Shown here piece after piece: positions 28,765 through 37,180 of a DNA stretch of 64,000 nucleotides. The stretch spans positions 71,947 through 135,946 of IMG/VR virus record IMGVR_UViG_3300018080_000118; one strand, given 5' to 3'. The stretch comes from a virus. Numbering within the stretch: position 1 is the first letter of the stretch; each line of letters starts with the position of its first letter. A model generated the notes under the pieces. The model was not told the DNA's origin and made no database searches. It saw nothing but the letters and a program-made list of their open reading frames with translations. The translations under genes and the position numbers were made by a program.

Positions 28765-29724
28765 CTAAGAAGGTTCTAGAATTCTAGGTTTCTTTATGAT
28801 ATCAAGGAGAGTTTCCGCGTCAAGATGTTTCGGATCTTTCTCCAGCTTTTCGTCCCAGGCTTCGATACCCAGCGCCCGAATAGCCGCAATAGTCGAATCG
28901 ATGACCATGCGTTTTCGGTGGTCGGTGTCGTACACGTCCGGGTCCAGCACAATGATAGCCCGGCGTATCCTTGCTTTTTGCAGCAAGACTCCTTTCATTT
29001 TGGAATAGCTGACGCCCATGAGAGCTACAGCAGGAACACCACACTGCCAGCAGTGCAGCACGTCTAGCTGGCCCTCTACGATCAGAACCGTTTGACCGCG
29101 CCATTCCCGTAGGCGGTGCTCTCCGTAGAGATGGAAGTACGGCTCGTACTCCCACACGGTCCAGTATTTCCTTTCCTCTTTCCGCAGTCGACGCGCTGCC
29201 GCTCCGACGACGATGAGCTTCCCTTGTCGATAGGACATCGTTGGGAAGATGAGTGCTTCGTGCTCTGAACTCCAGACGACGTTATTCCTGATAATCCCGG
29301 GGTCTGTTATTCCCTTTGTCTTCAAGAACTCGATCGCGGCTGCCGGATATGGCTTGCCGATCAGAGCCCGTGCTTCGTCTGTGTAGTCGTGAGGTTCTTC
29401 GCGCCATTCGGTGCGCACACCCGTGCCGCGCCCATCGTTGCGGTCCACCCACTGGACGAGCTTAGCAAAGCGGCCTCCTGGAGTCTTTGCTGAGATTTCC
29501 TTTACGGCGTACCGTAAGGACTTCTTATACTCGCAGGCATGACACTTTAGCCAGGACTCCCCCGTGGGCTCGATGCTCGCGGTCATCGACGGTACTCGGT
29601 CTCGTCCGTGCTCGTGCCGCCATTGCGCGAATAGGCATGGGATGGCTATGTGCCGGGGACCGCTCTTCCTCATGACCGTGACACCGAGGGCGCGGAGAAC
29701 CTGAGTTAGGTTTGCTTGGTCCAT
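28765..29724 (-). CDS. DNA primase (zinc-binding + TOPRIM)
   Basis: C...H...CHAC, LIVEGQLDVL, VLDPD, KDP. Confidence 0.88.
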   Translation of the reverse strand: MDQANLTQVLRALGVTVMRKSGPRHIAIPCLFAQWRHEHGRDRVPSMTASIEPTGESWLKCHACEYKKSLRYAVKEISAKTPGGRFAKLVQWVDRNDGRGTGVRTEWREEPHDYTDEARALIGKPYPAAAIEFLKTKGITDPGIIRNNVVWSSEHEALIFPTMSYRQGKLIVVGAAARRLRKEERKYWTVWEYEPYFHLYGEHRLREWRGQTVLIVEGQLDVLHCWQCGVPAVALMGVSYSKMKGVLLQKARIRRAIIVLDPDVYDTDHRKRMVIDSTIAAIRALGIEAWDEKLEKDPKHLDAETLLDIIKKPRILEPS

Positions 29725-29729
29725 AGTCT

Positions 29730-31022
29730 TTACCCGAATCCTCCGCTGTCGTCACCTCCGTATTCCACGGCCCCGACGACCGAGTAGTCCATAGTGATAA
29801 AGTTCCAGTTATAGCGAAAGGCCCGGATGTCGTCGGCCTCTCTGGCTTCACCAAGGATGAGGTCTACCTGCCGTGATTTCTTCAGCTTTACGTCTCGTAC
29901 CAGGTAGACCATGCCGTTGGCCTCCTGACCGATAGCGTCACCGAAGGCCAGGTTGCCCAAGTGGGCGCTGCCTCTTCCTCGTTGTGCTCGGTTGAACTGC
30001 GTGGTGAGCATCCATGCTGCAGGAGAGGACACAGCACATCGGCCGTATCTCCTCATAAGCCGCTGGATCTGCTCCCACCCTTTCTCGTCGTCCTGCTTAT
30101 CCATGCGGTAGAACGCATCTACTACGATCATGGTCGCACCAAACGACTTGCCCATAGCGGCGATTGCTTCGGGCGTCTTGGCCTGTCCAGGGCCAACGAT
30201 CTTGATTCGTTGCCCCAGCACTCCGCTCTTCAGATCCTCCAACAGGGCGAAGTATTTCTTGCGGTCCTTCTTGCTGAGCTTACCTTTCACCACCAGGTTG
30301 TAGCTGATGCCGCCAACGAGGCAGGCCATGCGTTTGGCAAGCTCCTCTTGGGTCATCTCGAAGGACACGAACAATACTTTGTGCCCCTCCATTATGGCGT
30401 GCTTGCCACAGATCAGGGCGAACCAGGACTTGCCCGTCTTTGGCCTTCCAGCGACCACGTAGACGCGGCCGATTTTCCAGCCAACAAGCTCGATCTGAAG
30501 GAACTCAAACGGGATGGGTATGCCGACGGCTTCTCCTCGTTCGAGCTTCTCATACTCCTTCCTCAGCGTGTCTGCCATCTCGCCCAACACCACGGGTCGT
30601 CCCTGGTCGAAGGAGAATTTCGCTCCGACCGAGCTGAAGATCTCAGCGGCCTGGTCGGTAATAGCGTCTAGCGATAGCGCCTCATCCGGCACCGATGCCG
30701 GCAGCATCTCGTCAATGGAGACGATCGCCCCTCGGAGCTCATGTCGCCACCTGCTGCGATAGATCTGCTCCCAGTAGAGGCTCGCTGTCTTAGACGGGCA
30801 CTTCCGGTGTATCTGGATGTCCGGCGCGAGCTTCAGTAGGTGTTTCGCGCTGGGCATGTCGCCGTGCTTCCCTCGTACCCGCGTGATCTCTTCAAAAGCT
30901 ACGGCGTACGGCAGGGGTAAAACTTCAGGGTCGAACCCTTTGGTCTCCAGGTCATCAAGCTCTTTGGGCTTGAACAGCACCCGAGTGATGAGCTGGGACT
31001 CCGGGCTTATGAGGAGATCCAT
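29730..31022 (-). CDS. dnaB: DnaB-like replicative helicase
   Basis: AGRPKTGKS, VSFEM, IVVDAFY, TQFNR, FGDAIGQEA. Confidence 0.9.
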   Translation of the reverse strand: MDLLISPESQLITRVLFKPKELDDLETKGFDPEVLPLPYAVAFEEITRVRGKHGDMPSAKHLLKLAPDIQIHRKCPSKTASLYWEQIYRSRWRHELRGAIVSIDEMLPASVPDEALSLDAITDQAAEIFSSVGAKFSFDQGRPVVLGEMADTLRKEYEKLERGEAVGIPIPFEFLQIELVGWKIGRVYVVAGRPKTGKSWFALICGKHAIMEGHKVLFVSFEMTQEELAKRMACLVGGISYNLVVKGKLSKKDRKKYFALLEDLKSGVLGQRIKIVGPGQAKTPEAIAAMGKSFGATMIVVDAFYRMDKQDDEKGWEQIQRLMRRYGRCAVSSPAAWMLTTQFNRAQRGRGSAHLGNLAFGDAIGQEANGMVYLVRDVKLKKSRQVDLILGEAREADDIRAFRYNWNFITMDYSVVGAVEYGGDDSGGFG

Positions 31023-31032
31023 TACAGCTTCC

Positions 31033-31500
31033 TTATGACGTAAGTTCGACGATCTTCTCGAAGAACTTGAGGCCCTCTTTTACCTTAGCGGCGTCGTCTA
31101 CGATGGTAGGCTTTCCGTCCCGGGCTCGTTGGTATAGGACGCCCTTCAGGCGACGCTGGTCCTCCGCCGAGGCCTGGTTTACCTGCCGTACGATCAGCAG
31201 GTCTACATCAGCAATAGCGTCTGACATCATCTTTTCGAGAAGAGGTACCGGTTTGTTTCTCAGCTCCCTATCGGATACGCCTATGGCTGTGATCTCCAAA
31301 GCCGCGTCCAGATATTCAATAGAGCCTCGCAGGAGTCTTGCTTCTTGTTCGTCGTCTTCGATTATGTAAGCGTGCTCAGCCTCTACCTTCACTCCTCCAT
31401 CGAGCGACTGGACTCTGCGAACCATACCAGGAGAGAACCCGGCTGCTTTCATCAGGCCCAGTGCAATGTCCATCGTGTGTATCTTCTTGTCCCAGAGCAT
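31033..31500 (-). CDS. Degenerate DnaC/IstB-like helicase loader
   Basis: DVDLLIVRQV (Walker B position) and LYQRARDGKPTIV; adjacent to dnaB; no Walker A. Confidence 0.4.
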   Translation of the reverse strand: MLWDKKIHTMDIALGLMKAAGFSPGMVRRVQSLDGGVKVEAEHAYIIEDDEQEARLLRGSIEYLDAALEITAIGVSDRELRNKPVPLLEKMMSDAIADVDLLIVRQVNQASAEDQRRLKGVLYQRARDGKPTIVDDAAKVKEGLKFFEKIVELTS

Positions 31501-31735
31501 CTTTATTCTCCGCTTCTTCTACGTACCTCAGAAACGACGCGTACTCTGGCTCCTCCAAAAGTATTTCTTCCAACCTATCGCTCCTTGCATGGAACAGGTG
31601 ATAGAACACAAGGAGCTTTTTGAGCACGACGTCTCGTTCGAGCATCCACTTGTCGGGACCTTCTACAGCCATGCGCTCTTCGATATCGTTAAGCGCAACA
31701 TTCAACCCAATCCAGTCCTCGACGTTTATTTCCAC
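31376..31735 (-). CDS. Hypothetical protein
   Basis: Overlaps the RNase H stop; helical N-terminal half. Confidence 0.5.
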   Translation of the reverse strand: MEINVEDWIGLNVALNDIEERMAVEGPDKWMLERDVVLKKLLVFYHLFHARSDRLEEILLEEPEYASFLRYVEEAENKDALGQEDTHDGHCTGPDESSRVLSWYGSQSPVARWRSEGRG

Positions 31736-32424
31736 TGCATAGCCTCCGCCAGCTTCTCAGGAAGCGCCTCGAACGAGTCGCCGTTACATGGTGGCGGGTT
31801 GTACTTGTGCCGCATCACTGTGCTGCGGTGACCGAAGTCTTCGTCTTTGCAGGCGAAGCGGCGACAGTGGAAACACTGGGAACAGACGTCGATCTCTCTG
31901 ACGCCATCGAACCCATCTCGTGTTGCATGTAGCTCCACGCACTTCTTAGCTCCGAGGTCCACCAGCTCGTTCCAGACGAGTTTCCGGTGTCCTCGGATGT
32001 GGTGTATCAGAACATTCGGCCTGGCAACGAGGTCCCGTATGCGGACGATGAGGTCGATGTTCTCCTTCGGCGACCAGTTTGTGTCGTACCGAAGGCATCC
32101 TTGAGCGTACTGACTGTCTGTCCAGATCCTCACCTCTTCTTCGGCCTGGATTTGCTCACGGAGCATTTCGGCGGCGAGGCGCACAGCACTCAGCTCCATG
32201 GTATTGTTGGTTATGACCCCCACATCGTTCTTCTCTCTGGTGAAGAGCCTTCCGGCGATGCGGTAGCCGTGAAAGAGGTACTCAGAAACCAGTTCTTTTT
32301 CTCGCTGTCTGAGAACTGGTGTGCCTTGAAGAACTACGGCGCAGACACCGCCGTAGTTGGCCCCGCCGTCCTCACGCTTTCGCGTGCAGTCGACGGAGCC
32401 ATCTACGAAGGCATAGTTGGTCAT
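31726..32424 (-). CDS. rnhA: Ribonuclease HI with C-terminal Cys cluster
   Basis: AFVDGS, TNNTMELSAV, IWTDSQYA, HIRGH...WNELVDLGAK. Confidence 0.88.
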   Translation of the reverse strand: MTNYAFVDGSVDCTRKREDGGANYGGVCAVVLQGTPVLRQREKELVSEYLFHGYRIAGRLFTREKNDVGVITNNTMELSAVRLAAEMLREQIQAEEEVRIWTDSQYAQGCLRYDTNWSPKENIDLIVRIRDLVARPNVLIHHIRGHRKLVWNELVDLGAKKCVELHATRDGFDGVREIDVCSQCFHCRRFACKDEDFGHRSTVMRHKYNPPPCNGDSFEALPEKLAEAMQWK

Positions 32425-33464
32425 GCGTCTTCTTTCTCCACCAGGGCGGTGAGAGCCTCAGCCAGGACCTCTTCGGTCTTCAGGCCGTTGCCAGAGGAGA
32501 GTTCGTTGAACTCTTCCCCCTCGACTGCCAGGGCACAGTGGGCCTGTGCACCCTTCTTGAGAGACACGGCGATGAGGCCACGCTTCCCGTCCGCGACCTT
32601 GCTCAGGTCGCCGAACATGAGAAGGCCTACCATGTCCGGTGCGCCCAGCGTCTTCTCGATGACGGGGAGCGCTGCCGGGAGAGGGGTTCCTGGCTGTCCG
32701 GGCTTCGAGGGCATGATGCGCTCCCGGACATCGACGAGGGTGTAGCCCTCCTCCTGTACCCACACGAGACACACAGGTGCGTTGGACTGCAGCTTCTTGA
32801 ATGCTTCGGCCCCAGCGTTGGCCAGAGCAACGACTCCGTCCTTCTGGCTTTCCCCGTCGATCAGCGGGTTCACTGCACTGGTTCCGGCGGGGACGGTGAT
32901 GCACGGAAGCTGCAGCTTCGACAGCAGACCCACGTCCAGGGTCATGCTCTCGCGGCTGTCGTGGCCAAAGAGATAGTTGCCGACGGCGCGGACTCCGTCA
33001 TACCTCTGGAACTGGACCTGACGGCTGATCATCGACCGTGTCCAGTTGAGGGTTTCCTGGGTCTGACTGCGGGGGTCTTTCTCCAGGGTGCGGATCGAGA
33101 TCTTGCAGGTGTCGGGATCCACCTGCAGGGGCAGGCCGCCGCCCATGTGCTTCTCGACGGCCTTGAAGAGCACGTCGATGTAGAACGCCCAGTCGCGGTG
33201 TGCGTTGACGTATTCCCATGTCAGCGCAGCGGTCTCCTCCTCGTAGGCCGCGTCGGAGAGGTGCAGCCGTCTGATCAGCGCCTCCTTGGTGTCGCGGATC
33301 CACTTGTTCATGTCCACGAGCTTCTGCTTGAGATCAGCGGCACTGATGCTGCCGATACCGTTGAGATCGATGTCCGGAACCTCCGTCACGTCGACCTCGT
33401 CCCCGACCTGCAGGATGCGGTCCCCCACCTTGTAGGTGTTCTCACTAATGATAGAAACGAGCAT
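32421..33464 (-). CDS. Hypothetical protein
   Basis: AGGAGG SD; strong codon bias. Confidence 0.7.
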   Translation of the reverse strand: MLVSIISENTYKVGDRILQVGDEVDVTEVPDIDLNGIGSISAADLKQKLVDMNKWIRDTKEALIRRLHLSDAAYEEETAALTWEYVNAHRDWAFYIDVLFKAVEKHMGGGLPLQVDPDTCKISIRTLEKDPRSQTQETLNWTRSMISRQVQFQRYDGVRAVGNYLFGHDSRESMTLDVGLLSKLQLPCITVPAGTSAVNPLIDGESQKDGVVALANAGAEAFKKLQSNAPVCLVWVQEEGYTLVDVRERIMPSKPGQPGTPLPAALPVIEKTLGAPDMVGLLMFGDLSKVADGKRGLIAVSLKKGAQAHCALAVEGEEFNELSSGNGLKTEEVLAEALTALVEKEDA

Positions 33465-33484
33465 GTTCTCCTCCTAAAACGTCG

Positions 33485-33505
33485 TGACCACTCCACGAGT
33501 TGTCA
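33485..33505 (-). repeat. 21-bp quasi-palindromic motif, copy 4
   Basis: TGACAACTCGTGGAGTGGTCA; its TGA is the stop of the initiator gene. Confidence 0.85.
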
Positions 33506-34525
33506 TATTTTTATGCGTGTGACCCTTCCCTTGAAGGCAGGATCGTCCAATAGGTCGCCACTGCTTTCGTCCTCGTACTCCTTGAGGATGCGTGGTAGGA
33601 AGGACGCGAGAGTTGTGATGCTGATCATCCACCCCTCCTCCCTCCCTCGGCTCTTGAAGAACTTCGACTGCAGCTCCGACCAGTTGTCAGGCAACCACTG
33701 GCAAAGGAGCTTGTACTGCTCCGGAGCCTTCATGCCTTGGCGCGACAGCATACCGCGAACACGAGTAAGGGCGGTAAGGGCTGCATGCCTATGGGGTGGC
33801 GATACCTCGATGCTGTGCGAGTTCATCGCACTCTTGAAGCGGGAGAACCACTTTGACCCATCCCACTTCGTCACAGACCTCGGCACCGTCTCTTTGTGGG
33901 CCGCCGAGAAGTCTGGGGGTTTGGCTTTCTTGCCACGAGGAATCGAGGGCTGATCCAGGCGACGCTTTGCTGCGTCCTTCGCCTTCTGCTCCTGGGCCTC
34001 CTCGTGGGCCAACGCTTTCTGGATTGCTGGGTCTTCTTCCAGTAGATCCATTAGGTCCATTCCAGAATCCTGCCCTATGTCTGTTTCTTTTTTGTCTTCT
34101 TCTTCTTTGTCCGCCACTGACGGCGGTATCGGCCCGCCACTGGTGGCGGAATCGTCCCGCCATATTTGGCGGTCCGGTCCGCCAGATTCGGCGGGGCAGG
34201 AATCAAGATCTAGTGGGTGGGACTCGAAGGGTGTGTCACATGAGGTGTACAGGTCAGGTATGTGGGCGAAGACAGTGACGCCTGATGTGCCCATTCTCTG
34301 GCGGATCTCGATCAGGCCGAATTTCTTGAGTTCTGCGATGTACCGCTCAACCGTCCTCAGCCCCATGCCCATCTCCTCGGCCAGCCGTTCCTGCCCAACC
34401 AGGCAGTAGTCCTTGTCCAGGCATCTGGACTTGACGAAGGTGTAGACGACCTTGGCTCCGAGGGATATCCGCGTATCGTAGAGCAGCGCGTGGGGTATCG
34501 GAACGAAGGCGTACTCAATTCCCAT
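33503..34525 (-). CDS. Phage replication initiator-like winged-HTH protein
   Basis: IPHALLYDTRISLGAKVVY...QERLAEEMGMGLRTVERYIAELKKFGLI, followed by a low-complexity linker. Confidence 0.75.
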   Translation of the reverse strand: MGIEYAFVPIPHALLYDTRISLGAKVVYTFVKSRCLDKDYCLVGQERLAEEMGMGLRTVERYIAELKKFGLIEIRQRMGTSGVTVFAHIPDLYTSCDTPFESHPLDLDSCPAESGGPDRQIWRDDSATSGGPIPPSVADKEEEDKKETDIGQDSGMDLMDLLEEDPAIQKALAHEEAQEQKAKDAAKRRLDQPSIPRGKKAKPPDFSAAHKETVPRSVTKWDGSKWFSRFKSAMNSHSIEVSPPHRHAALTALTRVRGMLSRQGMKAPEQYKLLCQWLPDNWSELQSKFFKSRGREEGWMISITTLASFLPRILKEYEDESSGDLLDDPAFKGRVTRIKI

Positions 34526-34820
34526 TCGCCCCCCTTTCCGCTGCCACGAGTTTCGCGTGTTCCTCTTCCGTGTCCGCTTCGAGGATCAGCTCTTCCTTGA
34601 TCAGGTCCTCCATCCACCACTCACGGATACCGTTGGCGATGAATCTGTGGCCGTGGACCTCACGAAAGATGCGCGCCCAGGTACGGGCCGGGTCGAGATC
34701 GCCGCGAGAGGCAAAGAGGGGGATGACCTGGAGGAGCTGCTCCATGGCTACCAACTCTTTGCCGTCGAAGTCGAACTCGATACGGAATCCGTTCCCTCGC
34801 CGCAGGAAGTCAACTTTCAT
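34515..34820 (-). CDS. Hypothetical protein
   Basis: GAGGT SD; overlaps both neighbours. Confidence 0.6.
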   Translation of the reverse strand: MKVDFLRRGNGFRIEFDFDGKELVAMEQLLQVIPLFASRGDLDPARTWARIFREVHGHRFIANGIREWWMEDLIKEELILEADTEEEHAKLVAAERGANGN

Positions 34821-35271
34821 GGTACCTCTTTACTGGTTTGCCCAGAAGTTCCGCGAGCAGATCGACATCAGCCGGATCGCCCGGGAGGTCAAGACTCATG
34901 GAGCCCGCCTCCACGAGCCGAATGAGGCCGGGCAGGATCGCGATCTTGCCTGCCGACTCCAGTAGCCCCATCTCGCGCTCCGTCTCTCCGACAGCGTGCG
35001 AATGTTGGTCGTGCATAGAGAAGAATCTGAAGTTCCCCTCCACCCGGACGTATTTGTACATCTCGCCGACTTGTAGATCATCGTAACTGAAGAGTCCGAT
35101 GAGGCGGTTGGTATCCAGGGCGTGGTCAATGAGGGTGTCAAGGAAGTTGATCAGCCCATCTGCATGATGGGAGTCGCGCATTGTCACTGGCAGCGGATGA
35201 AGGGTTTCAAGAAGCCAGTTTCTCTGCGCGCGAAGCAGATCCCAATCCACTTTCGACAACGGTCCCGACAT
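34810..35271 (-). CDS. Hypothetical protein
   Basis: AGGAGG SD before ATG 35271; VDWDLLRAQRNWLL...GLINFLDTLID. Confidence 0.65.
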   Translation of the reverse strand: MSGPLSKVDWDLLRAQRNWLLETLHPLPVTMRDSHHADGLINFLDTLIDHALDTNRLIGLFSYDDLQVGEMYKYVRVEGNFRFFSMHDQHSHAVGETEREMGLLESAGKIAILPGLIRLVEAGSMSLDLPGDPADVDLLAELLGKPVKRYHES

Positions 35272-35292
35272 ACGACGCCTCCTTTTCGAGGG

Positions 35293-35337
35293 AAAAAAGG
35301 CCAAAGGCTTTTATACCACGAGAGCCTTTGGCGTCAA
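35293..35337 (-). promoter_or_regulatory. Overlapping terminator hairpin and sigma70-like promoter
   Basis: GCCAAAGGCT/AGCCTTTGGC 10-bp inverted repeat followed by T6; TTGACG-16 nt-TATAAA with TG extension inside the same sequence. Confidence 0.6.
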
Positions 35338-35357
35338 GAAGATTTTACTAGTTTTCT

Positions 35358-36056
35358 TTATTTCTTTACACGGGGTAGCTGGACAGAAAACCACTGGTTG
35401 TAGAAGGTGGCGTGGCCTAACGCTATATGTAGGTACACCTCTCCTTCGAAAATTCTCAGAATATCTCGGACGGTCTCTGTCAGCAGAGTCACTCTCCGCC
35501 TATTGGGGGCGCTGTCCGTCTCCGGCCCGTAGTCTCCCTGCTCCCCAACGATGTAGTATTGGCTGTTGGTCCTGATGTCTTTCAGCGCGTGAGGTATCGG
35601 TTCGCGTAGCTGATCTATGTGGAAGAACGGGTCGTCGTTTCGTTCCTCCATCAGTGCGACCATCTCGCTGTACCTCTCTGGGTCCTCGTCATCGTGATGC
35701 AGTATGTTGATGCGGACGCAGTCCCTGCGGAACACTACACGCACTCCGTGCACACCCCGCAGCTTCGTCGGCCTACAGCCCAAGTAGTCGTGGCCTCCCA
35801 CGGAGATCATGTCTGCGTAGGCGTTGGAGCTGAACAGTACGCGCTTGTTCGGCGAGATCTCGCTGAGCGTAGCGTCTTCAAAGGGGGGCTTCGGTTTGTG
35901 GTGGACCAGCAGCGCTTCGAAGAAGTTGAGGGACTGGTCAGCAGCTTTCTCCACCTCTCTGGTGTTGCCGCTCGATGTCCGGTGCTGCCCATAGGCAACC
36001 AGCGCCTCTTTCACCTTCGCTCGAATTTGGACCGAGGCTTCTTCGTACGGTGTCAC
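35358..36056 (-). CDS. Hypothetical protein
   Basis: AAGGAG SD before GTG 36056. Confidence 0.65.
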   Translation of the reverse strand: MTPYEEASVQIRAKVKEALVAYGQHRTSSGNTREVEKAADQSLNFFEALLVHHKPKPPFEDATLSEISPNKRVLFSSNAYADMISVGGHDYLGCRPTKLRGVHGVRVVFRRDCVRINILHHDDEDPERYSEMVALMEERNDDPFFHIDQLREPIPHALKDIRTNSQYYIVGEQGDYGPETDSAPNRRRVTLLTETVRDILRIFEGEVYLHIALGHATFYNQWFSVQLPRVKK

Positions 36057-36074
36057 GCCGTTTCTCCTTTGTCT

Positions 36075-36116
36075 AAAAGAAAAGGAGACCCCCGCGCAAA
36101 ATGCGGGGGCCTCCTT
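36075..36116 (-). terminator. Rho-independent terminator closing the RT-ubiquitin operon
   Basis: AAGGAGGCCCCCGC-ATTTTGC-GCGGGGGTCTCCTT followed by TTCTTTT. Confidence 0.8.
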
Positions 36117-36136
36117 GATCACTCCGGGAGTTGTCA
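36116..36136 (-). repeat. 21-bp quasi-palindromic motif, copy 5
   Basis: TGACAACTCCCGGAGTGATCA between the Ubl stop and the terminator. Confidence 0.85.
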
Positions 36137-36140
36137 CGGT

Positions 36141-36461
36141 CTAGCCGCGATCCTTGGGGGCGGGCTGGAACATGACTTCGTCGCCCGGCTTGGTCACGTA
36201 GGAGTCGTTGACCTTGTCGCCGTTGACGAGCGGGATCATGTTCTCGCGCAGGTCGAACTTGTCCCACAGGGCGCTCTTGATCTGGCCGATGGTCTTGCCC
36301 GGGGGGAAGTTCGAGGTGGGGTAGTCCTTGTAATCCGAGGTGGCGCGGCGTTCCACGCGCACCTGGGCCTGGGGAGCCTCGGCGGTCTCGGCGGCCTCGG
36401 CGCGGCGGGGCTGGTTCACGTTCACGTCGATTTCGATGCGGGCGTCGGGATCACTACTCAT
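36141..36461 (-). CDS. Ubiquitin-like (beta-grasp) protein ending in Gly
   Basis: GKTIGQIKSALWDKFDL...LVNGDKVNDSYVTKPGDEVMFQPAPKDRG-stop; AAGGAG SD; ATGA-coupled to E1. Confidence 0.8.
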   Translation of the reverse strand: MSSDPDARIEIDVNVNQPRRAEAAETAEAPQAQVRVERRATSDYKDYPTSNFPPGKTIGQIKSALWDKFDLRENMIPLVNGDKVNDSYVTKPGDEVMFQPAPKDRG

Positions 36462-37180
36462 GGTTTCTCCTTCCTGGTAAGAGGCTTGCTCCACATAGGC
36501 CGCATACTCGGCCCAGTGGCGTCAAATAGAACTTCGTTGACGGAGGGTGCCGCGTCCGTCCTCCACCTGAGGGACCACCATGCGCAGAGCATAGAGGTGG
36601 CCGCCAGCAGATTTGCAAAGACGAGCTGCGGTTGCGACTGGACGATCTCCATGCAGGACGGATCATCTGGGAACTTCCCCGGCATCGAGGTCATTTCAGG
36701 ATGCACCTCGTCGATTGTCGGGGTCAGATTCTTTCCGCCCTGTCGCATGAAGATCTGGCACTGGCCGTCGTGGTACTCGTTGCCACCAATGAACAGGGCA
36801 ACATCTCGCAGCTTCAGCGCCTCTTGCTGAACAAAGAGCCGACTCGGGTGGTTGTCGACTCCCACGAAGATATCAGCATCAGTCTGCCAGTACCAGCGTT
36901 TCGCTGTCTTGACAGTCTTCGGGCTGAATGCTTCGGGTACGCTATGTAGGCGCACATTTCTTGGTCTCAGCTGTTCTTCCAGCATCTTGACCAGGGCCGA
37001 CGCTTTGCCCATGCCGATGGTGCCTGGGCCGAACTGCCGGGCAGTATTGCTTCTCTCGATCGTGTCTGGATCGACAAAGAAGATTTCGCTCGGAACGTCG
37101 GAGTGTTCTAGGAACCGTACCAGCGGCACGGATAGATGATAGCCTATGCCCCCACAACCGATGACGATGATGTTTTTCAC
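36458..37180 (-). CDS. ThiF/E1-like activating enzyme
   Basis: IIVIGCGGIG, DPDTIERSNTARQ, GKA, VGVDNHPSR, and DPSC...QLVFANLLAA (candidate catalytic Cys). Confidence 0.92.
   Translation of the reverse strand: MKNIIVIGCGGIGYHLSVPLVRFLEHSDVPSEIFFVDPDTIERSNTARQFGPGTIGMGKASALVKMLEEQLRPRNVRLHSVPEAFSPKTVKTAKRWYWQTDADIFVGVDNHPSRLFVQQEALKLRDVALFIGGNEYHDGQCQIFMRQGGKNLTPTIDEVHPEMTSMPGKFPDDPSCMEIVQSQPQLVFANLLAATSMLCAWWSLRWRTDAAPSVNEVLFDATGPSMRPMWSKPLTRKEKP

Noticed and set aside
35358-36137. 259-aa ORF-track version of this gene, and its membership in the Ubl operon
   Set aside because: The extension runs through a terminator; a good SD supports GTG 36056, so the gene lies beyond the operon end.
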